Below, one piece after another: positions 7,150-15,161 of a stretch of 28,486 nt of DNA. Both the position numbers and the translations under genes were made by a program. How positions within the stretch are numbered: the stretch's first letter is position 1; each line of letters opens with the position of its first letter. Location of the stretch: the IMG/VR virus record IMGVR_UViG_3300025018_000456, positions 1 through 28,486 of that record; one strand, written 5' to 3'. The DNA comes from a virus (lineage: Duplodnaviria > Caudoviricetes). The notes under the pieces were generated by a model, which was not told the origin of the DNA, did no database searches, and worked only from the letters and a program-made list of their open reading frames with translations.

Positions 7150-7853
7150 GCCTTGCCCAGTCGCCGCAGCACCACGGCCAGCTCCTGCCGCGTGATCGGG
7201 TCGCCCGGCCGGGTGCCGTCCATCAAGCCCTCGGCCTTGGCCCACGCCCACGCCTCGGCCGCCCACGGCGATACCGCGGGCTTCTCCTCCGGTTCCGCAT
7301 CGGCCTCGGGCGCGGGCGTGGTGCTTGTCAGCCACCCCCGCACCATCGCCTTGCTAATGCGCGTGCCGGGGCAGGTCTTCGGGCTAACGTCACGGTGGAA
7401 GGCCAGCCCCTCCGGCCCGCCCGGCCGGTAGTCTTTCGACAAGTCCAAGGCGAACCGCGCCGCCAGCTCGCGCAGGACGGTGGCCGTGCTGGCGATCTGC
7501 GCGGAGCTCGGGAACTCCGAGTCGAAGTCGCCGATCATGCTCACGCCGATCGTGCCGGGGTTCCACTCGCGGGCGTGAGCTCCCTGCTCCTTGACCGGCC
7601 AGCCCTCGGCGATGGTGCCGTCGGGCAGGATCATGTAGTGATAGCCGATATGCTTCCAGCCGTTCGCCTCGACGTGGCCGTTGTAGATGGACCGGATCGT
7701 CTTCTCGTTGCCGTACTCTCGCCACAGGGCGACGCTTGGCGAGGATGTGTGGTGCAGTACGATCCCGTGGATCATGCGAGTGTTGCCGGCGGTGCGCTTC
7801 GCCAGCACCTTGGCGAAGTCGGCCCGCGCGATCGGCTTGTACTGAAATGGCAT
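7131..7853 (-). CDS. Endolysin: Amidase_2/PGRP-type N-acetylmuramoyl-L-alanine amidase with a C-terminal SLH-like domain
   Basis: IVLHHT, GW..IGYHY, GAHA..WN..TIGV...GDF, HRD...KTCPG; C-term WA.EA..WA...GL.DG.RP...ITRQE.AV.L.R. Confidence 0.93.
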   Translation of the reverse strand: MPFQYKPIARADFAKVLAKRTAGNTRMIHGIVLHHTSSPSVALWREYGNEKTIRSIYNGHVEANGWKHIGYHYMILPDGTIAEGWPVKEQGAHAREWNPGTIGVSMIGDFDSEFPSSAQIASTATVLRELAARFALDLSKDYRPGGPEGLAFHRDVSPKTCPGTRISKAMVRGWLTSTTPAPEADAEPEEKPAVSPWAAEAWAWAKAEGLMDGTRPGDPITRQELAVVLRRLGKATPPAG

Positions 7854-7863
7854 GGCGCCTCCC

Positions 7864-9099
7864 TCACACCTTCTTCGCCCGTACTAGCACCGACGCGCCC
7901 CGCAAGGTCAGGTCCGACGGCGCCCCGACCTTGAAGGCAATCGACGCCAGCGATGCGTAGGTACTCATAACCAGGTCGCCCGTGCCGGCGGTTCGTGAAA
8001 CCGTGGTCCCCGTCGCCTGTATGGATATCTGGCCGGTCAGCGCCGCGTTGCTGACCTCATCGGCCGAAAGCGCCCGCAGGTCGAGGACCCAATAGTTGCT
8101 GACATCGAACGTGCCGGTCGCGACGGTCGCCAAGCAGAACTCAATGATGTCCCAATCGTAATCGTCGGACATCGGCAGGCGGACCAGCCATGTGCTGTCC
8201 GTGGTCAACGTCGTGAGCAGGAGCGGCAGCGGGATCATCACCCGCGGTCCGTACCACGCGGTCGTGGTGCTGTCATATGTCCAGAGGATTTCGGCAGCGG
8301 TGTCATACCAGATTTCGCCGTCCGCCGGAGTGCCGGGCGCGGAAGCTGCAACGGTCAACGGCAGGCCAAGCGTGGTACGGGCCGCCGCTGCGGTCGCATC
8401 GTCGAGCAGGGTCTGAGCGTAGGCGGTGACGCCCAACGTAGTCAACTGCGCGGCCGCGGTCGCGTCGTCAAGCAGCGCCCGTCCGGCCGTCGTCAGGTCG
8501 GTCAACGCCAGCGCCTCGGCACCGGTCGCGTAGGGGAGCTTGTCTGCGGCCAACGTCAGCCCGGCCAGGGCCGCGAGGTTGGCATGGTAGGGCTGGTAAT
8601 CCCCGGAGGCCGCGGCGACGAACACCCCCGCGTCGGGCGTCCAGGTCGTGAACGCGCTGGCCGTGACCGTACCGGCCCCGAGCGGCAGACTATGGGCCGG
8701 CGCCTCGGTGGCCGTGAGCTGCACGAGGATGGTGAAGTCGGCCAGCCCGCCGGTTGCCATGGCGGGGGAGACGCCTGACACCTGCCCGATGACGAGGTAC
8801 GCGGTACACGCCCCGGAGGTGTCCGAGAAGGTCATCGCCGTGGCGGTCGCCTTGCGGAACATCCAGGCTTGCCCGGAGTCGTCCAGGACGATGGCGTCAA
8901 AGGCGGGATAGTTGGTGCCGGTGGCGATGTCGCCAAGGACCGTAGCGCCGCCCGAGTAGATGCCCTCGCCGCCGAGGCGTTCGGCGAGGAAGCGGGAGAC
9001 GGCGAGGCCGTGGTACACCCGCTGGTTGAAGTCGACGGCGGCGAGGGTGTCGCCGGTCGCTCCGTAGACTCCGAGCCCGGTTCGGCCAGAGACAGCCAT
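7864..9099 (-). CDS. Tail fibre / receptor-binding protein
   Basis: YQP..ANLAALAGL..AADKLPY.TG....ALTDLT..GRALLDD fibre-shaft motif; repeated LLDDATAAA..TTLG; AP.TPADGEIWYDT motif. Confidence 0.85.
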   Translation of the reverse strand: MAVSGRTGLGVYGATGDTLAAVDFNQRVYHGLAVSRFLAERLGGEGIYSGGATVLGDIATGTNYPAFDAIVLDDSGQAWMFRKATATAMTFSDTSGACTAYLVIGQVSGVSPAMATGGLADFTILVQLTATEAPAHSLPLGAGTVTASAFTTWTPDAGVFVAAASGDYQPYHANLAALAGLTLAADKLPYATGAEALALTDLTTAGRALLDDATAAAQLTTLGVTAYAQTLLDDATAAAARTTLGLPLTVAASAPGTPADGEIWYDTAAEILWTYDSTTTAWYGPRVMIPLPLLLTTLTTDSTWLVRLPMSDDYDWDIIEFCLATVATGTFDVSNYWVLDLRALSADEVSNAALTGQISIQATGTTVSRTAGTGDLVMSTYASLASIAFKVGAPSDLTLRGASVLVRAKKV

Positions 9100-9105
9100 G
9101 GTTCA

Positions 9106-9315
9106 CTACCCTTCTGCGCGGGCCAAGAACTCGGCAATCCGGTCGGCCATGCCGCCCTTTTCGAGTGCGCGTTCGAAGCGGGAGATGTCATCGGATCGAA
9201 CGCCAAGCGCCTTGGCCATCTCAACCTGCGTGATGCCCAATCGATCCCGCCGCATTGCGAGGGTCCGCGGGTCTGTTTTCACGGTGATTCGTAGATTCAG
9301 TCCGGATAGCGCCAT
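9106..9315 (-). CDS. XRE-family helix-turn-helix protein, 69 aa
   Basis: L...R..LGITQ.EMA..LGV....ISRFE. Confidence 0.85.
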   Translation of the reverse strand: MALSGLNLRITVKTDPRTLAMRRDRLGITQVEMAKALGVRSDDISRFERALEKGGMADRIAEFLARAEG

Positions 9316-9318
9316 GGT

Positions 9319-9585
9319 TCACTCCAGTCCGTCCGACCCGCCGAGGGTCGAGATATCCAACATGAAGAGCGTATAGCCGCTTGTGGCGTCCCGCACCGAC
9401 AGGTCGGCCACTTGCCCCACCGGGACGGCCCCGGCCTCGTACGCGGCAAGCAGCGCGTCTGAGGCGCCGTTCTGAGAGCGATGCTTGAGGTGGTCAACGT
9501 CGCGGCCGGTGTCCGGCCCGCGCTCGCGCACGAGGCGGCGGAGGTTGGTGCGGGCGCGTTCGCCACGCATCGGGTCAGGTCTCAT
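9319..9585 (-). CDS. Hypothetical, probable minor tail protein, 88 aa
   Basis: ATG at 9585 after AGGA; ends FMLDISTLGGSDGL, resembling F.LD.S.L.G.D.L tails of phage tail proteins. Confidence 0.6.
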   Translation of the reverse strand: MRPDPMRGERARTNLRRLVRERGPDTGRDVDHLKHRSQNGASDALLAAYEAGAVPVGQVADLSVRDATSGYTLFMLDISTLGGSDGLE

Positions 9586-9748
9586 GGCGATCTTCCTGCT
9601 GCGACCGCCGAATAACCCGGCCGCCTCGCCAACCGACCCAGCAAAGGTCATACGTCACGGAGCCTTTGACCGGGGTCATTCGTATGACCACAACCGGGCC
9701 AATGGACCACATGCGAACCGCGACCTGGATGTCGCCGGGGAAAATCAT
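9575..9748 (-). CDS. Hypothetical protein, 57 aa
   Basis: ATGA overlap at 9748/9745; fills the gap in the operon. Confidence 0.45.
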   Translation of the reverse strand: MIFPGDIQVAVRMWSIGPVVVIRMTPVKGSVTYDLCWVGWRGGRVIRRSQQEDRHET

Positions 9749-11238
9749 ACCGCGCTCCAAGTCCCGCCCGGCCGCAGCGCCGTGTGCCGCGTCCAGGTCC
9801 CCGCCACAAGCCAGCCGACCTCCCATTGCCCGTCTGGCCGTTCGTAGATGTAGGGCGCGGCGGCCGTGGCAGACGCCACCGACAGGTACGGGCCGGTCCA
9901 AGGGTCGCCGTCGCCGGCGCGTGTTAGCACCACGAACTGTTCGTTGCCGAAGTGGTAGCCGGCGACCGCCTGCCGCCCGTCGCGACCGCGCCAGAAGTTC
10001 GTTGCCACGAGGTTGCCGTACCCGGCGGTCCAGTCGGCGGTTGGCGACAGCGCCGACCAACTCTCGCCCAGCAGATCATCGGAGACGTACTCCGAGGGGA
10101 CATCGTTACAGAACCAGCCGACCCGCCACCGGCCGTCGGTGCCGCGGTACACCCATGGGTGCGGCCGGCTGTCCGTTTGCCCGGCCGTGCGAACCGCGGA
10201 GGCGACGGTGTAGCGGGCCTTGCGAACCGCCGACCCGCCGCCCGTGATCATGTCGCCCCACTCGCGGCCAGGCACGACGTAGACTCGCTCGACGTCATCG
10301 TGCTGCGAATACTTGACGGCCAGGGCCTGCCCGTCGTGGCGGTCATAGCAGACGCAAGATGGCATCAGCCGGTTGAAGTGCCGATAGGTCGGCGTTTCAT
10401 CGAACAGCCCTTCGGCCGACAGCGGCTCGCCGTAGCCAAACCAGAACTGCTTGACCAGTTCGCCGAACGGGTCGCTCACGACGGAGTAGCTGAACGCGCC
10501 GGTCACGGGGTTGACGCCGCGGATGCTTCCGAACAGCAGTCCGGCGCGCGGCGCCACGATGGGCATCACGCGGCGGGCAACGGTGTCGTCTACCTCCGAC
10601 AGGTATGACCACTCGGAGCCCGGACCCGGCCGGGTCCAGAGCTTGGACATGCCGGCATTGGCGGCCGGCGTCCGACCGCCGGGGCGCGTGATGAACTCGG
10701 TTCCGCTCGGCGTCGCCACCGGGTTGCCGCCGAGTGGCGGAAACAGGTTGAAGAGCTGCGTGAACCGGCCGGTATAGACCGGGCTGGCGACGTCGTGATC
10801 CCACCGTGATGCGACGATGCCCGAGACGGTGGCCGGCGTGGTCTTGCCGAACTGCCAGTTGACCACGCGCTCGGGGCGGCCGGCCGGGAAGATGACCGCC
10901 GGTGTCAGCCCGTTGTTGTAGCTGCCAGCCACGGTCCCTAGCAGGTTGCCGTCCGCGTAGAAGGTGTAGCTGGTCGCTGCGCCGACCGGCGAGTCGGCGT
11001 CGCAATCGATGCGGATCACGATGTCGCCGCCGGTGGTGTAGCTGGCCGTCGGGTCGGCGCCGTCGCCGATGTCGAAATCGTTGCCGCCGGGATTGTTGCC
11101 GGAGACAACCAGTCGGAGCGTATCGGTGTCGGAGACGTAGACGTTGGCGACGGTGTAGGCCGCGGTGGTGTAGATCCGCACGCCGAACCCGTCGCCGTTG
11201 GCACTGGACATCGTGGCTTGGACGCGCCAACCGTTCAT
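9745..11238 (-). CDS. Minor tail / tail-tip protein (beta-rich), 497 aa
   Basis: Position in the tail module; N-terminal lectin/LamG-like YTFYADGNLLGT; Trp/Gly-rich C-terminal half. Confidence 0.7.
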   Translation of the reverse strand: MNGWRVQATMSSANGDGFGVRIYTTAAYTVANVYVSDTDTLRLVVSGNNPGGNDFDIGDGADPTASYTTGGDIVIRIDCDADSPVGAATSYTFYADGNLLGTVAGSYNNGLTPAVIFPAGRPERVVNWQFGKTTPATVSGIVASRWDHDVASPVYTGRFTQLFNLFPPLGGNPVATPSGTEFITRPGGRTPAANAGMSKLWTRPGPGSEWSYLSEVDDTVARRVMPIVAPRAGLLFGSIRGVNPVTGAFSYSVVSDPFGELVKQFWFGYGEPLSAEGLFDETPTYRHFNRLMPSCVCYDRHDGQALAVKYSQHDDVERVYVVPGREWGDMITGGGSAVRKARYTVASAVRTAGQTDSRPHPWVYRGTDGRWRVGWFCNDVPSEYVSDDLLGESWSALSPTADWTAGYGNLVATNFWRGRDGRQAVAGYHFGNEQFVVLTRAGDGDPWTGPYLSVASATAAAPYIYERPDGQWEVGWLVAGTWTRHTALRPGGTWSAV

Positions 11239-11260
11239 CGCCGGACTCTCCCGCAGGCAA

Positions 11261-11290
11261 TGGACGGTAGGCTGGTTGGCAGGGTAGAGT
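11261..11290 (+). promoter_or_regulatory. Putative promoter TGGACG-N18-TAGAGT, 6 nt upstream of a leaderless ATG
   Basis: Same geometry as the 11950-11979 copy. Confidence 0.65.
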
Positions 11291-11296
11291 CGCGGG

Positions 11297-11476
11297 ATGA
11301 GCAGAGATAGGCAACCGAGGAAACCGCGCCCCGCTCCGCAAGGTCTGCCGCCACCACCGTTGCCGCCACTCGGTGACAGCCAGAAGGCTCCGAGGGAGTC
11401 GCTAGGCCATAGACAGGACGAACGCCAATCCCAACGCCCAGACGACGCATCCGACGAGCAGCAGCCAACCAGATAG
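11297..11476 (+). CDS. Pro-rich peptide B, 59 aa (PPLGD motif), leaderless
   Basis: Hand translation: MSRDRQPRKPRPAPQGLPPPPLPPLGDSQKAPRESLGHRQDERQSQRPDDASDEQQPTR; homologous to the 11986-12132 peptide. Confidence 0.65.
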   Translation: MSRDRQPRKPRPAPQGLPPPPLPPLGDSQKAPRESLGHRQDERQSQRPDDASDEQQPTR

Positions 11477-11896
11477 AACGACCTTCGGCTTGACCTTCGT
11501 GTTTCGTGACTGCTGTTCCGTGGCGCCGACGCTCAGTTGCTCGATGATCTGCCGCACCAACGGCTGTTCGGACGTTCCTGCTTCGGTCGCTCCTGTGACG
11601 TGCTGGAGGTAAGCGGCAGCCGTCGACGGCCGAACAATTTTCACAATGCTGGTGCCAAGCAGCGACATCGCAATCGCACCCGCGAAGATACCGGCTGCCA
11701 CTGCCAATAGCCACGATCCTGCGCCAACCGGCGGAGCAATGGTCGCCGATGCAATCAGCATCCCGAGCATCCCGAGCGCCATGTTTCCACGGGCCGAGAG
11801 CTTGGCCAACATCGAGTCTGCCGCAGCCTCTTCCCAGGCAAGGTTTTCGGACGCCATGTCCAGCAGCCGCCATTCGAGCGGCGTAGCATCTGCCAT
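11402..11896 (-). CDS. 3-TM membrane protein B, 164 aa
   Basis: AGGAG RBS; three hydrophobic segments; MADATPLEWRLLDMA is paralogous to 12121-12594. Confidence 0.85.
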   Translation of the reverse strand: MADATPLEWRLLDMASENLAWEEAAADSMLAKLSARGNMALGMLGMLIASATIAPPVGAGSWLLAVAAGIFAGAIAMSLLGTSIVKIVRPSTAAAYLQHVTGATEAGTSEQPLVRQIIEQLSVGATEQQSRNTKVKPKVVLSGWLLLVGCVVWALGLAFVLSMA

Positions 11897-11949
11897 AATC
11901 TGCTCCTGTCCCTATCATGCCAAAGCCCCCCGGACTCGCCAGCAAACGA

Positions 11950-11979
11950 TGGACTCCCGGTGTGCCGGCTTGGTAGAGT
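11950..11979 (+). promoter_or_regulatory. Putative promoter TGGACT-N18-TAGAGT, 6 nt upstream of a leaderless ATG
   Basis: Same geometry as the 11261-11290 copy. Confidence 0.65.
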
Positions 11980-11985
11980 CCCTGC

Positions 11986-12132
11986 ATGAGCGAGAAGCCA
12001 GAGCCGAAACCGACACCGGAACCGAAGTCGCCACGGAACAATCCCGCTCCAAAGCCGGAGCGTCCTCCGCTTGGTGATGACCGGCGGTCGCCGAAAGACG
12101 TTGGCACTCGCAACAAGGCGTTAAAGCGATAG
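11986..12132 (+). CDS. Pro-rich peptide A, 48 aa (PPLGD motif), leaderless
   Basis: Hand translation: MSEKPEPKPTPEPKSPRNNPAPKPERPPLGDDRRSPKDVGTRNKALKR; fills the gap between the two membrane genes. Confidence 0.7.
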   Translation: MSEKPEPKPTPEPKSPRNNPAPKPERPPLGDDRRSPKDVGTRNKALKR

Positions 12133-12594
12133 TCCTAGTGCTATCAGCCATGCTAGCAAGCCAACCGCAAGCAAAGCTTGAACAGCCAACAACGGCTTTT
12201 CGGCGTGGTGGTTTCGCGTTCCTTGGATAGCCGCCGCAGATTCCATGTCCTCGATTAGCTCGCGAACTGCTGTCTGCTGGGCAATGGACGCTCCGTAAAC
12301 CGCCCATTCCCCTGGCGTGCCTGCTCGCTTCATGTCGACTGGACGAGTTTCCGCCGCACCGATTATGATCGCAACCGCGAATGCCGATGCGGCTATCGCA
12401 ACAGCATATGATGCAGATGCCGCAGTTGGTGGCTGAATGGCAGTCGCAGCCAACAACAAGCCGAGCAACGTTAGACTGACGGAGGCGAGCGCCGAGGTCT
12501 TGGTTCGAATAGAATCCCCTGCGTCGCGAATCCAATCCAACCGCGCTTCTGCCATATCTAGCAGCCGCCATTCGAGTTGCGTTGCATCCTCCAT
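12121..12594 (-). CDS. 3-TM membrane protein A, 157 aa
   Basis: GGGAG RBS; three hydrophobic segments; MEDATQLEWRLLDMA; visibly lower GC than the flanking tail genes. Confidence 0.85.
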   Translation of the reverse strand: MEDATQLEWRLLDMAEARLDWIRDAGDSIRTKTSALASVSLTLLGLLLAATAIQPPTAASASYAVAIAASAFAVAIIIGAAETRPVDMKRAGTPGEWAVYGASIAQQTAVRELIEDMESAAAIQGTRNHHAEKPLLAVQALLAVGLLAWLIALGLSL

Positions 12595-12612
12595 GTTCGT
12601 CTCCCTGCCTAA

Positions 12613-12993
12613 TCATGCCACCCGCTCCCCGGACCGATGGCGAGCACGCTCTAACGCCTTGATAGCCTCCTGTTCCGCATGTTCCGCAGAAACAGTAGAA
12701 CCCGCGAAGATGTTGGCAAACGCCTTGTATTGTATTGGCGGGATATAGTCCTTGACGTTATCCTTGAGTCCCCAGTGGTCGATAGCTCCGGTCGCATAAT
12801 TGATCATGCAAACCCATCCCTTTCCGTTCGGCGGTTGTACCGGAGCATCACTACCGACAACCTCGTGCCGAACGATGTGCTGCGAAGAGATTTCAAGCCG
12901 CTGCGCGATGGCGACCGCGGCGGCCTCCGTCTCCGCTACGGCTACGATTTCGTCACCATGTCGCTCCGGGGACATCACAATCCAGACGTTCAT
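12613..12993 (-). CDS. Hypothetical inserted protein, 126 aa
   Basis: ATGA overlap; lower GC; flanked by 18-bp direct repeats. Confidence 0.75.
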   Translation of the reverse strand: MNVWIVMSPERHGDEIVAVAETEAAAVAIAQRLEISSQHIVRHEVVGSDAPVQPPNGKGWVCMINYATGAIDHWGLKDNVKDYIPPIQYKAFANIFAGSTVSAEHAEQEAIKALERARHRSGERVA

Positions 12994-13007
12994 GCCACCC
13001 GCTCCCC
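12613..13007. repeat. 18-bp exact direct repeat TCATGCCACCCGCTCCCC (12613-12630 and 12990-13007)
   Basis: Read directly; both genes therefore end GERVA-stop. Confidence 0.9.
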
Positions 13008-15161
13008 CTGGTACGTCGCCAGCCCGTCAGGCGCCATGTCCCCGCCGCCGGCGAACTGCACGCCTGTCAGGCGGTAGGTGAAACCGTAGTTCGCGCCGAC
13101 CAGCCCCACGAGTTGACCGGGGAACAGGTCAACCCGCTGCGACACCCAGGAGGCGTAGGTCTTCGGCCGGCGGTGGCGTTCGTAGAGTTGCCGGCAGACG
13201 TAGTTGACCATGCCCTGCGTCTGGAATGCCGGGTCGGTGACGACCATCGGCCACGGTTCCCCCACGTAGTTCGCCACACTGCTATCGCGGATGCTCGGCC
13301 AGTCGACGCAGCGCGCCATCAACGGCCGGCCGTCGGGCGCCTGCCCCAGCACGATGATCACGTTGTAGAGTTCGGAGTCGTCTAGCGTGGCGACGAAGCT
13401 GCCATCGCGGATGGTCCGGTAGGGGTAGCCGGCGGTCCTTGCGTCCTGATAGAAGTAGCCGTCCGCGGGTAGGCTGCGTTCGTAGAAGTAGGATCCAACG
13501 GCAGGTGTCCCGGAGGTCGTCACGGTCGCCAAGACGAACAGCCCGTCGCTCAGCCGGAAGTAGTGGATCAGGCTGGTCCCGTAGAACTTCCGCTGGAAGT
13601 CTTCGAGGATGCGGTCGAGGTTGGTGCCGGGCCGGTACACGAACGACGGCGCCTCGCCGACCGGGGTGTCGGCGAACCGCACCGGCCACGCGGCCAGCGA
13701 GTAGTCTGCCGCGGCCAGCCCGCCGGCTTCCAACACCTCGGCCAGACACTCGGTGAGCAGCCGCCCGTCGAAAGGCTTGCCGCCCGGCCAGAGCTGCTTG
13801 CGGAACCGGCGGAACAACCCCTCGGCCTGTAGTTCGAGTTCGCCCGACTGCGGGCTGCTGTCGGCGATGACCCGCCACCTGGCGTCCGAGGTCAGCCCGC
13901 GGAACCGGGTCACGGAGTCTACAACGTACCGTACCGTCATGTGCGGTTGCACGTAGTCTGCAAGGTCCTGCTTGAAGCAAATCAGGTTGGCCCGCAGCGC
14001 CTCGCGCGAGAGGTCGCCTTCGCGGGTTAGTTCGATGGTCCGGTCGGCGACGTTGCTGATGGCTAGCACGTCGGTGCCGGCGCCGCCCTCGGTTCGTAGC
14101 AGCCGAGGGACCTTCACGTCAACGGCGTCCAGGGCGAAGGTGTTGGCCGTGGTGCTAGTCCAGGAGACCGTCCAACCGAGCCCGTAGCGGCGAGAGGTGG
14201 TGCCAGTGCCAACCACCCATGTCGAGCCGCCTTCGTCGACGCAGGTGATGGTCGCCGCGACGGGTCCGTTGCTCGCGCCGTGAACCGTGGCGGCCTCCAG
14301 TTCCAAGCTTGACCCGCCGGGGTCAAGCGCCGTGGGGTTCATCGTCACGGAGGCGGCCCCGGCGACCCACGCCTGATTGCTCACGTTGACCGTGGCGAAC
14401 CCTCCGCCGGAGACCTTCCACTTGGCGGCCCGGATGGCGTTGCGAACCTTCTCGCCCTCGCCGTCCAGTGTCTCGCCGGCCAGCGCGCCGTCATCACGGT
14501 ACACGAACCCGGCCCGGCGACCTTCTAGCGATTGGTTGACGTTGGCGATGATGAGCTTGGCTTGCACCTGCCGGATCCAGAGTTGATGAATGGTGCCGCG
14601 GTAGGTGTCGGCGACCATCCATTCAAACTGCCCGCGGGCGGTCTCCGAGGTGACGCCGGTGTCGGTGTCCAGGCTCTGCTCGTAGAGGATGGCGTTGCCG
14701 TTGTCGTGTAGCTCCAACTTCCACACGCCGCCGAACTCGACGGTCAACGGCGAGTCGGTGCCGACCCCACCTTCCGCGGCCTCGGTTTCGTAGGTGATGA
14801 AGGTCAGCCACCGGCCCTGCCCGGCCGCGGCCGCGGTCACGTCTTCCAACGCCCAGTCGGCGTCTGCCTTCTGCGCGAGGAAGGTCACGAGGGAGCCGTC
14901 CGCCTTGAAGCCCGGCTGCGTTTCGACCCACGTGCCGGTCTGCGTCCAGGAGGCGGAGACCATGCTGGTAAGGTCATAGTTCGGAAGCCCGGTGAAGTGG
15001 CCGGCGACCTCGGAGAAGCCGACCCCCGACGTGGATAGCAGCCCCTGCTTGATGAGGTCGCGGATGGTGTCCAGACTGCCCGGCGTGAAGTCGAGGAACA
15101 CTGCGCCGCCCGGTTCATCGATGACGGTTCGCGGTTCCTGTAGCCAGAGGTTGACGCTCAC
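12990..15161 (-). CDS. Tail-tip / baseplate hub-like protein, 723 aa
   Basis: Directly follows the tape measure; C-terminal half has hub-like features (RFRGL, LYNVIIVLG, LFPGQLV). Confidence 0.7.
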   Translation of the reverse strand: MSVNLWLQEPRTVIDEPGGAVFLDFTPGSLDTIRDLIKQGLLSTSGVGFSEVAGHFTGLPNYDLTSMVSASWTQTGTWVETQPGFKADGSLVTFLAQKADADWALEDVTAAAAGQGRWLTFITYETEAAEGGVGTDSPLTVEFGGVWKLELHDNGNAILYEQSLDTDTGVTSETARGQFEWMVADTYRGTIHQLWIRQVQAKLIIANVNQSLEGRRAGFVYRDDGALAGETLDGEGEKVRNAIRAAKWKVSGGGFATVNVSNQAWVAGAASVTMNPTALDPGGSSLELEAATVHGASNGPVAATITCVDEGGSTWVVGTGTTSRRYGLGWTVSWTSTTANTFALDAVDVKVPRLLRTEGGAGTDVLAISNVADRTIELTREGDLSREALRANLICFKQDLADYVQPHMTVRYVVDSVTRFRGLTSDARWRVIADSSPQSGELELQAEGLFRRFRKQLWPGGKPFDGRLLTECLAEVLEAGGLAAADYSLAAWPVRFADTPVGEAPSFVYRPGTNLDRILEDFQRKFYGTSLIHYFRLSDGLFVLATVTTSGTPAVGSYFYERSLPADGYFYQDARTAGYPYRTIRDGSFVATLDDSELYNVIIVLGQAPDGRPLMARCVDWPSIRDSSVANYVGEPWPMVVTDPAFQTQGMVNYVCRQLYERHRRPKTYASWVSQRVDLFPGQLVGLVGANYGFTYRLTGVQFAGGGDMAPDGLATYQGERVA

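Noticed and set aside
7864-9099. Diversity-generating retroelement or invertible cassette at the tail fibre
   Set aside because: No reverse transcriptase or invertase, and no template/variable repeat pair noticed; the internal repeat is a normal fibre-shaft protein repeat
11235-12116. 293-aa minus-strand ORF, and 11915-12616 (233 aa), spanning the membrane-protein modules
   Set aside because: Out-of-frame overlaps with the RBS-bearing paralogous TM genes; the Gly/Phe/Ser-rich start is just the reverse complement of the Pro-rich peptide ORF
11402-12594. Calling the TM proteins Pycsar/CBASS effectors
   Set aside because: Only topological resemblance; no cyclase or nucleotidyltransferase gene in the window
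12613-13007. 18-bp repeat as an att site or IS target-site duplication
   Set aside because: No integrase or transposase and no terminal inverted repeats; the repeat coincides with an RBS/stop-start junction
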